In this document: positions 1-9,027 of the stretch, piece by piece | Position numbering within the stretch: the stretch's first letter is position 1 | Layout: each line of letters begins with the position of its first letter | Origin: an uncultured Candidatus Saccharibacteria bacterium | Lineage (GTDB): Bacteria; Patescibacteriota; Saccharimonadia; Saccharimonadales; JACDBH01 | DNA length: 64,000 bases | Assembly (NCBI GenBank): GCA_965231105.1 | Contig: OZ246417.1 | Location: 164,094 to 228,093, forward strand | Direction of reading: 5' to 3' | The notes under the pieces: generated by a model | What the model was told of the DNA's origin: nothing | The model's database searches: none | What the model saw: the letters and a program-made list of their open reading frames with translations, nothing else | Program-made: the position numbers and the translations under genes

Positions 1-66
1 AATCTTAATGAGACACCCTGGCGCTGCCATCGAAGTGTAAAGTGCTATATACTATCACATAGCATC

Positions 67-1548
67 ATGGACTTTCTTGATCCAAAACGTAAAAAAGCAC
101 ATCGCCGTCGGCTTTTCATAGGCTATATATTAATGGCTATTGCCGTGGCTATGGGTACCCTTATTCTGCTCTTCACCGCTTACGGCTTCGATATAGATCG
201 TAAGACTGGCGATATTATCCAGAACGGTACCGTGTTTGTAGACTCGCAGCCCGGTGGTAGTACGATTATTCTGAATGATGAAGTCCAAGGCAACAGGACT
301 GCTGCTCGGCTCGCCTTACCTGGAGGCAGGCAGTATACCATCCGGTTGGAGAGCGAAGGATATCGCCCTTGGTCACGGACCTTTTCTCTTGATGGTGGCA
401 GTATTGAGCGGCTTGTATATCCTTTACTTATTCCTACTGAACTCACAACCTCTGATGTTCAGCTCTATGCTTCATCGCCTGCATTAGCAAGCCAAAGTCC
501 AGATCGCCGTCGCCTGCTGGTACAACAGCCTGGTCAAACCTATGTCTTTGATTTTTATGATCTTAACAATCCTGGCGCATCCCCCGCAGTGCTCACAGTA
601 CCGAGCACTATCTTAACCGAGCCTACAAAGCCGGCCACCATAACGGTGCTTGAATGGTCCAATAACAATCGTCATGTACTTCTAGATCGAGTGGTTGAGG
701 GTCGACATGAGTTTCTTGTCTTTGATACCGAAACGCCTGCCAGCAGCATTAATCTTAATACCACACTCGGCGTTGCTCCAACCACCGTTCGTCTGCGCGA
801 TAAAAAGTTCGATCAGTTCTATATTTACGACCTCACTGGCGGTATTCTCAGGAGTGCCGATTCAAGAGCGCGTAGCGTATCGGCACCTATCCTGCGCAAT
901 GTCATTGATTTCAAATCATACGGCGAAGATCTCCTTCTCTATGTCACGAAGGAAGGCGCTACCGAGGGTCGTGTCAATTTCCGCATACGTGAAAAAAGTG
1001 ATGCCACGTATCTGCTTAAATCTGTGCCAGATGCTACTACCTATCTTCTTGATATATCTGAATATGACGGAACTCCTTATTATATTGTAGGGGGAGATAG
1101 GAGTGACGCCGTATTTATTTACCGCGACCCACTCCCTACCCTTAAGAGTAATGGCAGTAATCCTGTGCTCGTGCACACGGTATTACGCCTTGAGAGCCCG
1201 CGCTTTGCCTCTTTTTCGGCTAACAGCGGCTTTATTGTTGCTCAAGCCGGACCTGAGCTCGTTGTCTTCGATATTGAGGGAGACAGGCAGTTTAGAACAA
1301 CATTGAATTATCAGATTCCACAAACCGTAGAGCTTGAATGGATGGATGGTCATCGCTTTACTTTTGTTGATCAAGGCAAAAGCTACATGATTGATTTTGA
1401 TGGCTCAAACGAACAGCAATTAGTTTCAGCGGCCAATCTAAACATTGGGCCTTATTTTGCTCCAGATTTTCAGACGGTATTTGCCGTGAGCCCATCGGCG
1501 CAGGTAACCGGTCGGTTTGCCCTCACTCAAACTAGCCTTATTCGTTAG
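67..1548 (+). CDS. Membrane-anchored PEGA-domain protein
   Basis: 493-aa ORF. N-terminal basic stretch plus TM helix (LFIGYILMAIAVAMGTLILLF). PEGA-like block GTVFVDSQPGG...YTIRLESEGYRPW. The rest looks beta-rich; function unknown. Confidence 0.6.
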   Translation: MDFLDPKRKKAHRRRLFIGYILMAIAVAMGTLILLFTAYGFDIDRKTGDIIQNGTVFVDSQPGGSTIILNDEVQGNRTAARLALPGGRQYTIRLESEGYRPWSRTFSLDGGSIERLVYPLLIPTELTTSDVQLYASSPALASQSPDRRRLLVQQPGQTYVFDFYDLNNPGASPAVLTVPSTILTEPTKPATITVLEWSNNNRHVLLDRVVEGRHEFLVFDTETPASSINLNTTLGVAPTTVRLRDKKFDQFYIYDLTGGILRSADSRARSVSAPILRNVIDFKSYGEDLLLYVTKEGATEGRVNFRIREKSDATYLLKSVPDATTYLLDISEYDGTPYYIVGGDRSDAVFIYRDPLPTLKSNGSNPVLVHTVLRLESPRFASFSANSGFIVAQAGPELVVFDIEGDRQFRTTLNYQIPQTVELEWMDGHRFTFVDQGKSYMIDFDGSNEQQLVSAANLNIGPYFAPDFQTVFAVSPSAQVTGRFALTQTSLIR

Positions 1549-1551
1549 CAG

Positions 1552-2751
1552 CTAAAATATCCAGTTTACAATCCGATGCCACAAGGACTCGGCATTTCCG
1601 GCAAGAATCTCCGGCTGCTCGTCTGTCTTAAGTGCGGTACTCGCGGTATTACCACCGGGATCGGGACTTACCTGCTCTCCCACAATAACTAATCGGTTAA
1701 TGGTGGTGCCAGGCGGATCGCACGTAATAAGTGTGGCAGTAGCTACTTTGCCGGCTAAGGGCTCTAGCACGCTTAAGTCTGTGGGCTTCACAATCTTTTT
1801 ATCTATCACCTTATAGACATATCGAACCCCGTCTTTTTGAAGGTAAAAGGTATCTTCTTTTTCCATGCGACTTAAAAGTACAAAGGCAAACTTAAATTTA
1901 CCTTTATTAAGGATATTATTACTAGAGTGGCCAAATATAACACTGTTGCCCTGCTCACCCGGGTTAGGAGTGGTCGCGTAGTGAACGACGCCGCGTTCAA
2001 GTCCTGTTTGAATAGCTGATTCATCAACGGTGGCAACATCGTAAACCACGGGCACTTCAACATTAATCTTTGGAATAATAACTTTAGATTCAGGTCCCAC
2101 GGCACTGTTGTTAGGATCAAGGATGAGGGGTGTAGCGCTGACATTTCGGTTAGGGGTAATGAATGGTGCAATAAAGCGTTCATTAAAGAATCCGAATAGC
2201 AACAAAAGCATCATAAGTGCACCCATGCCCAAGCCAAATGCCAAAGACTGCACATGTTGCTTCCTGGATAACTTACCGCGGGTTCGTACGGTGCTGGTTA
2301 TGTGTCGCTTTATTTCTGCCACTGACCGAAGTGAGCTCGCTTTTGGTTTTGGTGGTTCGGTTATTGGGCTCATGGTGCTCGTAATCATGGCCGGGCTTTG
2401 CTGCGCAATGACTTCTGGTGCAGGAGGTTGTGTATGGTGAGTTGCCTTTGTCGGGTCAGCAGCATAAAACTCTTGCCAGACTTCATGCTTTTCTTTGTCG
2501 TTAAGACCGATATAGTAGGCATGCCATTCGGTCTGAATTTGGGCGAGTGACTTGCCTGACGTAGCAAGTTCATACATAAACTGCTGGTGCCGAGAGCGCT
2601 TTGGTCCTGCCTGCACACTTTCTACTGCTTCGTCTACGGCATCTGGCTCGCGGGAATATAACGTTGCTATTTTTTTACGAATCAAATCGGCGGCTGGATT
2701 TGGTTCGCCGTGAAGATATTTTCGATGAGAAGTGTTGTCGTGTGCGTTCAT
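1552..2751 (-). CDS. Sortase (transpeptidase) with long N-terminal cytoplasmic region and one TM
   Basis: Catalytic motifs VIFGHSS (His), TLITCDPPG (TLxTC Cys) and NRLVIVGE (Arg). TM segment LAFGLGMGALMMLLLLFGFF. Start trimmed to ATG at 2751 because the upstream ORF extension runs antisense through tRNA-Leu. Confidence 0.8.
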   Translation of the reverse strand: MNAHDNTSHRKYLHGEPNPAADLIRKKIATLYSREPDAVDEAVESVQAGPKRSRHQQFMYELATSGKSLAQIQTEWHAYYIGLNDKEKHEVWQEFYAADPTKATHHTQPPAPEVIAQQSPAMITSTMSPITEPPKPKASSLRSVAEIKRHITSTVRTRGKLSRKQHVQSLAFGLGMGALMMLLLLFGFFNERFIAPFITPNRNVSATPLILDPNNSAVGPESKVIIPKINVEVPVVYDVATVDESAIQTGLERGVVHYATTPNPGEQGNSVIFGHSSNNILNKGKFKFAFVLLSRMEKEDTFYLQKDGVRYVYKVIDKKIVKPTDLSVLEPLAGKVATATLITCDPPGTTINRLVIVGEQVSPDPGGNTASTALKTDEQPEILAGNAESLWHRIVNWIF

Positions 2752-2817
2752 GCTTATGCTATGGTTTGCACCCCTTAGTATAGTATAATCTTCCCTGTTC
2801 TTATACGTAATTTCCCC

Positions 2818-2903
2818 GGGCGAGTGGCGGAATGGTAGACGCGCTGGACTCAAAATCCAGTGTTCGCAAGAACGTGAGGGTTCGAGTCTCTCCTTGCCCA
2901 CCA
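2818..2903 (+). tRNA. tRNA-Leu (anticodon CAA), type II with long variable arm, CCA encoded
   Basis: Acceptor GGGCGAG pairs with CTTGCCC. Anticodon stem CTGGA/TCCAG with loop CTCAAAA. T-arm GAGGG-TTCGAGT-CTCTC. Discriminator A followed by CCA. Confidence 0.9.
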
Positions 2904-2907
2904 TTGT

Positions 2908-2941
2908 AAAAGGCTGTGCTTTTTAGCAGGGCCTTTTATTT
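2908..2941. terminator. Rho-independent terminator shared by tRNA-Leu (+) and the convergent 2942 gene (-)
   Basis: Stem AAAAGGCTGTGC (2908-2919) pairs with GCAGGGCCTTTT (2926-2937) with one mismatch and one wobble. Loop is TTTTTA. A-run upstream, T-run downstream. Confidence 0.55.
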
Positions 2942-3847
2942 TTAGGCGTTGGCAATCGTTGTATAACAGGCAGTTCGTCCCGGCCCTATTCGACGCAGTA
3001 ACTGCTCGGTTCTTCTATCAAGGTTTGTTGCAGCTATATCTGCAGCTCTGTCTGGCCTATCTCGTCGTTCATTGTCGAAATCTTTAAGAAGTTGTGAAGG
3101 GCGAACATTTCTTGAATTTTCACTGTGAAGCATTAGATCAATCATGGCAATGACGGTAACATCGGGCACATACTCCTGTGTACCCAGCTTATTTTTTACC
3201 TGTATCTTCTGGGCAATCCCGATACCTTCAGATGCTGCTTGGCCCCAAACAGTAATATCCCATCCTGGACGAACATGTGAGGGTCTTTTTCTGTTCTCAA
3301 AACCTCTGTCTTCGCTGATATACGAATGTACTGGCACGCCCATTGTCATGCCGTCTTTTAGCGCTTGTCTTTCGAGTAATAATCGAATAACCATCTCAGC
3401 AGCATATCCGCGCAAATCGTTGCTATTTTCTTCCTCTTCCCTCGCCTGAATGGCGGCTCGCACATCGAGCGTATTCTCAAGTGTTTCGGAGTAATGCTTT
3501 TTAAGAGTCCATGCTGATGGCAATGTTGCAGTGGTAATGATGGGTGTTAAAACCGTGAGATCGGATAAAAGCTGTCGTGCCATAAGTACGGGTGCTTTTA
3601 CATTGGCGCCCACGACCGGGTGCATATCGATCATTCTTTCAGCTAAAGCTGCGCCCGTAAGCAAAATCTCCATTTGGTCGCCTGTTTCTGTTACATGCTT
3701 GGCCGCTGTTTCAACATATGCTGCGATACCAGCATGTTGTTCTGCTATATCCTGAGATTGGGCAAGCGGCTCTATAGCACTAAGTCGTTGCTCTACATCT
3801 CCAGCACGATGAATGGCTAAAAGTTGCGGGGTTAATGGAGCGGACAT
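2942..3847 (-). CDS. Hypothetical protein (301 aa)
   Basis: Long ORF with only short antisense shadows. No family recognised by eye. Confidence 0.55.
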   Translation of the reverse strand: MSAPLTPQLLAIHRAGDVEQRLSAIEPLAQSQDIAEQHAGIAAYVETAAKHVTETGDQMEILLTGAALAERMIDMHPVVGANVKAPVLMARQLLSDLTVLTPIITTATLPSAWTLKKHYSETLENTLDVRAAIQAREEEENSNDLRGYAAEMVIRLLLERQALKDGMTMGVPVHSYISEDRGFENRKRPSHVRPGWDITVWGQAASEGIGIAQKIQVKNKLGTQEYVPDVTVIAMIDLMLHSENSRNVRPSQLLKDFDNERRDRPDRAADIAATNLDRRTEQLLRRIGPGRTACYTTIANA

Positions 3848-3941
3848 TTATATTTCTCGTTAGATAAAAGTTATATTAAAACCAAATAGGTTTTTGTTAC
3901 AAGTTACTCTGCTCGGCACGGAACCTGAAACATATACCAAT

Positions 3942-3970
3942 TTGTATATTTTATCAAAATATAGTATAAT
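3942..3970 (+). promoter_or_regulatory. Sigma70-like promoter, -35 TTGTAT / -10 TATAAT, 17-nt spacer
   Basis: TTGTAT at 3942-3947 and TATAAT at 3965-3970. The ATG at 3978 lies 7 nt after the -10 and has no SD, implying a leaderless mRNA. Confidence 0.5.
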
Positions 3971-3977
3971 ATCAATA

Positions 3978-4931
3978 ATGAGTTATAACCCTGAATTTTG
4001 GACGCGTCCGTATGCGGATCGAGATAAGGTTATGCCTGCTTTTGGGGCGCTTGCCTCTGCACAGTATAAGGAATTTGTTGATGCTTACCCCGAAGTAGGG
4101 GGAGGCTTTGATAGATTTGGTGATAACGATTTGGAAGAAATTAGAAAATTGTCTCCCGAGTTGCAGCCAGTTGTTGCCGATGTCTGGCTTGCCCACAAGA
4201 AAGTTGGCGGGGCGGCATTTACGTATGGCCTTAAGACTAAAGTAACAAACTCGGCATTTCGCGATAAGCTTACGGCTGAACAAAACGCCTGGGTGGAGGC
4301 GAACACTTATTGGGGAGCTGACAGCCAGGATATGTTTCATCAACAAATGCTGGGTGGTGGGGCAAACGCGTTCGCCTTCTTTACTCTTGATGCTGCAAAA
4401 GCAATGACAATACATGCAACAGAGCATGGGACGGATAACCTCCAAGACGATTTCGTACGTCTTATTACTGGTAGGAATTTTCTTGCAGGATTGCGCCAAG
4501 CTGCCAGTGCACGTCAGGCATTTTGGACTATACCCGATAATGGCCACAGTGTAGCTACATTTGCGAATAGAATCGATCATCTTAAAGAGGTAAGTTTAGA
4601 GGGTGTGATACCTGCAGCAAGTCCGCTTATTGGTGAATATGGAATGGCAGAACCGGTAGCGCAAGAAATGCAGCTTGAGCGCAAAAGAGGAAACAAACAG
4701 TATAACCCTAATGCACTGTATGAGTGGGAGGACCTACCTTCGAGCGGTTGCCCCGTGAGGCACCAGAGGCTCGGAAGTGCATCGGTAAACGGTGCTTTTA
4801 CGCCTCGTCAACAGGAGTGGATATCCTCGGTGGCACAGGTAAGTGACACAGGCTCACTTCTGTTTACCTGGGATCCTTTTGAGGCTACTCAACAATTGAT
4901 GCTCGAAACTGCCGGCATTACTCGTTCTTAG
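3978..4931 (+). CDS. Hypothetical protein (317 aa)
   Basis: ORF 3894-4931 trimmed to the ATG at 3978 directly downstream of the TATAAT box. No family recognised. Confidence 0.55.
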   Translation: MSYNPEFWTRPYADRDKVMPAFGALASAQYKEFVDAYPEVGGGFDRFGDNDLEEIRKLSPELQPVVADVWLAHKKVGGAAFTYGLKTKVTNSAFRDKLTAEQNAWVEANTYWGADSQDMFHQQMLGGGANAFAFFTLDAAKAMTIHATEHGTDNLQDDFVRLITGRNFLAGLRQAASARQAFWTIPDNGHSVATFANRIDHLKEVSLEGVIPAASPLIGEYGMAEPVAQEMQLERKRGNKQYNPNALYEWEDLPSSGCPVRHQRLGSASVNGAFTPRQQEWISSVAQVSDTGSLLFTWDPFEATQQLMLETAGITRS

Positions 4932-5734
4932 ATTACCAAAGAACTCGTCACTGCTTTAAAAGTAGTTGAAGGATTCTGCAGCCAAAATACGCTTGCTCGT
5001 GCGGCGCTAGGCACTCGCCATATGTCCTCGCCTTCTCCTGTCTTGGTCGTACTTACCCTTCCCTCCGCCACAACGATTGTTGTTCCTAGGTGTTGCGTCA
5101 GTATATGTGTGGTATGGCGACCGCCAAACTCATGTAGCACTTCAATCATTCGGACAAGATCCGCGGTAGGTGAAATGGCTTCGGTGAAGTGAGTTGCCGC
5201 TGCCAGTTTCTGCAGCTGGGCCGTTGCTCCTACGATAAGCGTATAAGGACGATCAAGTAATAATTCGGGCCGTGCATAAAAATAATCTAAAGCATCTCTC
5301 GTTATGATAAGCAGCCCTTTGTACTTCTGTACAAATTGCTCCAATACGGTTGCCGTTTCGCTATTGCGGCCAAACTCCCCTACAAGCAATACGGCATCTG
5401 CCCATGCACTTGCATCAAGAATCTCAGCAAGAGATTGTTTTGCAAATCCCCCGCTGGGGTTACTGGGCGCAAAGAGTGCATTTTCTAGAAAACTTCCCAC
5501 CGTTTTCCGTAGGACATCCGGCAATAAAACGCGAACCGTTCCCGCTCCGGCCTGCGTAGCTTTCGAGTAGGCTTCTCCTACTGTGGCAAACCCATGCGCA
5601 TTTCCGCCCACAATAAGTAGCTTGCCAGCTGTCTGTTTGCTTTCCGGACGACTCCATAAAATGTCGGGAAACAGTGGCTGGTTAATGTCTTGTTTAAGCC
5701 AGTAATCTTCGTGCATACTTTTAGTGTAAACCAT
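4928..5734 (-). CDS. YjeF C-terminal-like (NAD(P)HX dehydratase / carbohydrate kinase fold) protein
   Basis: GKLLIVGGNAHGFATVGEAYSKATQAGAGTVRVLLP and VLLVGEFGRN follow the YjeF_C pattern. The usual C-terminal GxGDxLxG is not evident. Confidence 0.5.
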   Translation of the reverse strand: MVYTKSMHEDYWLKQDINQPLFPDILWSRPESKQTAGKLLIVGGNAHGFATVGEAYSKATQAGAGTVRVLLPDVLRKTVGSFLENALFAPSNPSGGFAKQSLAEILDASAWADAVLLVGEFGRNSETATVLEQFVQKYKGLLIITRDALDYFYARPELLLDRPYTLIVGATAQLQKLAAATHFTEAISPTADLVRMIEVLHEFGGRHTTHILTQHLGTTIVVAEGRVSTTKTGEGEDIWRVPSAARASVFWLQNPSTTFKAVTSSLVI

Positions 5735-5750
5735 ATTTATTCAATAAAAT

Positions 5751-6410
5751 ATGGTACGCTACAAACATATGACAGAGATATCACCCCGACGCGTTGCCTC
5801 CCGGTGGCTCGTTGGGGAAGACGCATATCAGTGGAAACGCAATGAGGTAGGTAAATTTACGATTACCAAAGACATTGACGATTTATTCACGAATGCCCCT
5901 GATGGTAGTTGGAGCATACTCATTAATAACTATTGGTGGAAATTTCGTGACTTCCAGAGAAACTCCGTATGGCCGCAAGCTGTTCAGCAAGCAGGTAAAT
6001 TAGCAGCTACCGCACGTGCCCTAGCGGTAACGATTAGAACCGCGTACTTTGGCGAACCGTATGAAGACCACTTTCGCGCTATTAATCATGCGAGCCTCAG
6101 AGAAGTTGAGCATGAAGCCGCGTGGCCAGACGGCGACGGAGTAGGAGACTTTCGGCATGAAATGTTTGCCTATACTGAACTCGGCCGAGTGTTTTATGGC
6201 CTACCCTTTCCTGATCAAGATAGCCGAGAGATATCGCCCGAGCTGAACAGACGTGCTCATTCCCTTACCCGTAGTGGCCTTGATTTTCTCTCCGGAGTAG
6301 TGGGCAATGCGCTGCGTGAAGGTTCATGGCTGCCCCGTCCGGGTATCTCCTCGAGTGAGGATTTAGAGAGATGGGATTTTACTGCTTCTTCTTCCGATAT
6401 GCCTGCTTAA
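5751..6410 (+). CDS. Hypothetical protein (219 aa)
   Basis: ORF only. Its 3' end overlaps the convergent MazG gene by 32 nt. The start could instead be the ATG at 5769. Confidence 0.45.
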   Translation: MVRYKHMTEISPRRVASRWLVGEDAYQWKRNEVGKFTITKDIDDLFTNAPDGSWSILINNYWWKFRDFQRNSVWPQAVQQAGKLAATARALAVTIRTAYFGEPYEDHFRAINHASLREVEHEAAWPDGDGVGDFRHEMFAYTELGRVFYGLPFPDQDSREISPELNRRAHSLTRSGLDFLSGVVGNALREGSWLPRPGISSSEDLERWDFTASSSDMPA

Positions 6411-6762
6411 TACGGTGGTAGTCGTCAGGGCTATCAGTCTTGTCATTGAATAATTCAACAGGATATTTCTCGGCAGCACGCCGTAACTTATCCTTAAAAA
6501 CGGTAGCAACATCTATATCTAGGGTGTCGGCAAAGTTCATGCAATAAATCATGATATCAGCCAGTTCATCGGCAACTTTTTCTTGATTGCGCTTTGTATA
6601 TTCGTCCCACTGAAACAGCTCCATGAGCTCTGCTGCTTCAATAGCAATAGACATCGCAAGATTCTTCGGAGAGTGATGCTTGCCCCAACTCCGTTCATCA
6701 CGAAAAGTTGCAACAAGTTCTTTAAGTTCTTGGAGGGTTGTTTCATTATCTTGAGCACTCAT
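6379..6762 (-). CDS. MazG-like nucleotide pyrophosphohydrolase
   Basis: All-helical 127-aa protein with IEAAELMELFQW and ELADIMIYCMNFA, matching the EExxE/D metal-binding helices of the MazG/dCTPase family. Confidence 0.75.
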   Translation of the reverse strand: MSAQDNETTLQELKELVATFRDERSWGKHHSPKNLAMSIAIEAAELMELFQWDEYTKRNQEKVADELADIMIYCMNFADTLDIDVATVFKDKLRRAAEKYPVELFNDKTDSPDDYHRIKQAYRKKKQ

Positions 6763-6784
6763 AAGAGTAGTGTAGCGTTACTTT

Positions 6785-7336
6785 TTACGATTGCAAAAGT
6801 TCGACATATTTCTGTGGATGTATCCAGCAATCATCATGCCCACCTGACCATGTGAGTAAAACGGGCTGTTTCATAAAGGGCAGCTGCTGAAGGTCGGGCA
6901 TGCAAAACGTATCTTCTTCGTTTCGAATAACGATTGTTTTTTGAGCCGGGAGACGCCAAATATTTCCTGCTGCGCGCCCGCGTAGCATGTTGAATGCACG
7001 ATGTAGCTGGAAAATATACAGGCTGTTCCAGGCTGTTTTATATGTCCACCATCGACGATACCTCGCGCGGAAGCTGTGCTTTGCATCATGACGGGTTTTT
7101 TGAACTGTTCCTCGTGCAATTGATTTACCGGGCCAATAAGGTATACCGATAAGGATAATCTTCTCAGCTCGGAGATCTTTAGGAATGAGGTAGCAGCCTC
7201 CTGAGTGAGCGATAATAGCATCGGCAGATGAAGGATCACTAGATAATGTATAGCCCGCATTTACTATGGCGCGCTGCATATGGCTGCCAGTGCGCTTCCC
7301 TTCGGCGCCACCATATAAAATGCACACTGTTTTCAT
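6785..7336 (-). CDS. Putative alpha/beta-fold hydrolase-like protein
   Basis: MKTVCILYGG first-strand pattern and IIAHSGGCY nucleophile-elbow-like motif. Start chosen at ATG 7336, 1 nt after the xth stop; an alternative start is 7357. Confidence 0.4.
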   Translation of the reverse strand: MKTVCILYGGAEGKRTGSHMQRAIVNAGYTLSSDPSSADAIIAHSGGCYLIPKDLRAEKIILIGIPYWPGKSIARGTVQKTRHDAKHSFRARYRRWWTYKTAWNSLYIFQLHRAFNMLRGRAAGNIWRLPAQKTIVIRNEEDTFCMPDLQQLPFMKQPVLLTWSGGHDDCWIHPQKYVELLQS

Positions 7337-7337
7337 G

Positions 7338-8135
7338 CTAGACATCGAGGTCGACACTTACCGGACAGTGGTCTGATCCAAGGACCTTGGCATGGATTTC
7401 GGCTGCCGTTACTTTATCCTTGAGTGCTTCTGAAACGAGAAAATAATCAATCCGCCAGCCTACATTACGCGCTCTGGCATTAGCCCAGTGCGTCCACCAG
7501 GTATAATGGCCGTTACCTTGGGTGAACATGCGGAATGTATCAACAAAACCAGCATCGATAAAGCGCTGGAAACCCTCCCGCTCTTCATCAGTAAAACCGT
7601 GCTTGCCGATGTTGGGGTTGGGGTTGGCTAGATCATCTTCTGTATGGGCGACATTTAAGTCTCCGCAGAAAATTACCGGCTTATGCTGTTCAAGAATCTT
7701 AATATAGGTTAAGAACGCAGGATCCCAATTCTTATGGCGAAGATCCAGGCGCGAGAGATCATCTTTACTATTTGGCGTATAAACCGTGACTAGATAAAAC
7801 TCATCATATTCAGCGGTGATTATCCGACCTTCCGTATTTGGATCACCGTATCCATCATGTACAAGCCCAAACTGCTTCGCAATTTTAATGGGAAGTCCGT
7901 AGTCGATACTTAAAGGTTTGGTTTTGGTGAAGATGGCAGTGCCGGAGTAGCCTTTACGCTCCGCTGAGTTCCAGAATTCTTCATAGTCGGGCAGATCAAC
8001 TTCGGCCTGACCCTGCATTGCTTTTGTCTCTTGCAGGCACAGGATATCTGGATCGTGCTCTTTCACAAATTTTTGAAACGTACCCTTATTCACAACCGCT
8101 CGAATACCGTTCACATTCCAGGAGTAAATCTTCAT
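7338..8135 (-). CDS. xth: Exodeoxyribonuclease III
   Basis: MKIYSWNVNGIRA, LCLQETK, GDLNVAH and SDHCPV are hallmark ExoIII/AP endonuclease motifs. Confidence 0.92.
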   Translation of the reverse strand: MKIYSWNVNGIRAVVNKGTFQKFVKEHDPDILCLQETKAMQGQAEVDLPDYEEFWNSAERKGYSGTAIFTKTKPLSIDYGLPIKIAKQFGLVHDGYGDPNTEGRIITAEYDEFYLVTVYTPNSKDDLSRLDLRHKNWDPAFLTYIKILEQHKPVIFCGDLNVAHTEDDLANPNPNIGKHGFTDEEREGFQRFIDAGFVDTFRMFTQGNGHYTWWTHWANARARNVGWRIDYFLVSEALKDKVTAAEIHAKVLGSDHCPVSVDLDV

Positions 8136-8212
8136 GCACCTTAGTATACTGTCCAGCCTGTTTGTTTTACAAAAAACTATTGTTTAAGATACGTGCGTTT
8201 CTTGACAAACCC

Positions 8213-8221
8213 TGGTAAAAT
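8213..8221 (+). promoter_or_regulatory. Extended -10 promoter element TGgTAAAAT
   Basis: TGG plus TAAAAT at 8213-8221. The ATG at 8231 lies 9 nt downstream with no SD. Confidence 0.4.
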
Positions 8222-8230
8222 AAGCCTGTT

Positions 8231-8509
8231 ATGAGCGAGACCCTTCGATACCGCGAGTTTAACCCCATTACAGAGGCATACTATGCTACTCCTGAGGTAA
8301 TTACCTCTCCTACCGAGCCTGAGGGTCTTGGAGATGTTGCTCGCATCCTGACGGGTGTGGTGTTAGTAGAGCCACTTCCTGTTCGCCCTATTGATACACT
8401 TCAGCGAGACGGTGCAGCAATTTTGCGGCTTACTCCTGAACTCAGTGCCCCCACTCCTACCACGACACTTCAAGACGTTGCTCGCTACCAAGAACGCTTA
8501 GCCGCGTAA
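8231..8509 (+). CDS. Hypothetical protein (92 aa)
   Basis: ORF downstream of an extended -10 box. Its 3' end overlaps smpB by 12 nt. No family recognised. Confidence 0.4.
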   Translation: MSETLRYREFNPITEAYYATPEVITSPTEPEGLGDVARILTGVVLVEPLPVRPIDTLQRDGAAILRLTPELSAPTPTTTLQDVARYQERLAA

Positions 8510-8959
8510 AGCTCTCTGAGTATCTCGATCGACATCTCGTCGCTTTATAGTTTCTCGTTTGTCGTATTGCTTTTTACCGCGCGCTAACGCGATCTCAATT
8601 TTTATAAAACGACCTTTGGTCAGCAATTTTGTAGGTACGACGGTAAGCCCTTGATTTTTAGCTTCGATAATCGCTGCAAGCTCTCGCTTCTTAAGGAGTA
8701 GTTTTCGGTTGCGGATCTGTGTTTCACTTGGAAGGTGTTGAGCATTCGTCTTAAGGGGTGTCACCTGAGCGTTCATAAGCCAGGCTTCCCCATCTTTGAT
8801 ATTCACAAAACTTCCGGTGAGTGTGCCATGTCCGGCACGCAGACTTTTTACCTCCGCCCCGCTCAAGACAATACCAGCAAGGAACGAGTCTTTGAGTTCA
8901 TAATCAAAGCGTGCTCGCCTGTTTTGAATTGCATTCGTACTGTGTGATTTCTTCTTCAC
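8498..8959 (-). CDS. smpB: SsrA-binding protein SmpB
   Basis: NRRARFDYEL, GIVLSGAEVKSLR and LLLKKRE are typical SmpB blocks. GTG start. Confidence 0.92.
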   Translation of the reverse strand: MKKKSHSTNAIQNRRARFDYELKDSFLAGIVLSGAEVKSLRAGHGTLTGSFVNIKDGEAWLMNAQVTPLKTNAQHLPSETQIRNRKLLLKKRELAAIIEAKNQGLTVVPTKLLTKGRFIKIEIALARGKKQYDKRETIKRRDVDRDTQRALRG

Positions 8960-8968
8960 AATAGGGGT

Positions 8969-8997
8969 ATTGTAGCCTAAAGCGCATATATTGACAA
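8969..8997 (-). promoter_or_regulatory. Promoter for smpB: -35 TTGTCA / -10 TACAAT (minus strand), 17-nt spacer
   Basis: The reverse complement of 8992-8997 is TTGTCA and of 8969-8974 is TACAAT. The GTG start at 8959 lies 9 nt downstream. Confidence 0.5.
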
Positions 8998-9020
8998 GCT
9001 GGGCATATATATTGTATAAT
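8991..9020 (+). promoter_or_regulatory. Promoter: -35 TTGACA / -10 TATAAT, 18-nt spacer
   Basis: Consensus hexamers at 8991-8996 and 9015-9020. The ATG at 9028 lies 7 nt after the -10 with no SD. Confidence 0.65.
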
Positions 9021-9027
9021 TTACTTT

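Noticed and set aside
2752-2904. N-terminal 51 codons of the 450-aa minus-strand ORF (sortase)
   Set aside because: This stretch runs antisense through a well-formed tRNA-Leu (2818-2903). An in-frame ATG at 2751 gives a sensible sortase start.
8202-8207. Consensus TTGACA hexamer upstream of the 8231 gene
   Set aside because: No -10-like hexamer sits at 16-19 nt spacing. The nearby TGgTAAAAT extended -10 (8213-8221) is only 8 nt away and can act without a -35, so TTGACA was not called as a -35.
8960-9027. Looked for a tmRNA (ssrA) gene next to smpB
   Set aside because: Only 68 nt of intergenic DNA is available, and two promoters fill it. There is no room for a ~350-nt tmRNA and no tRNA-Ala-like acceptor end.
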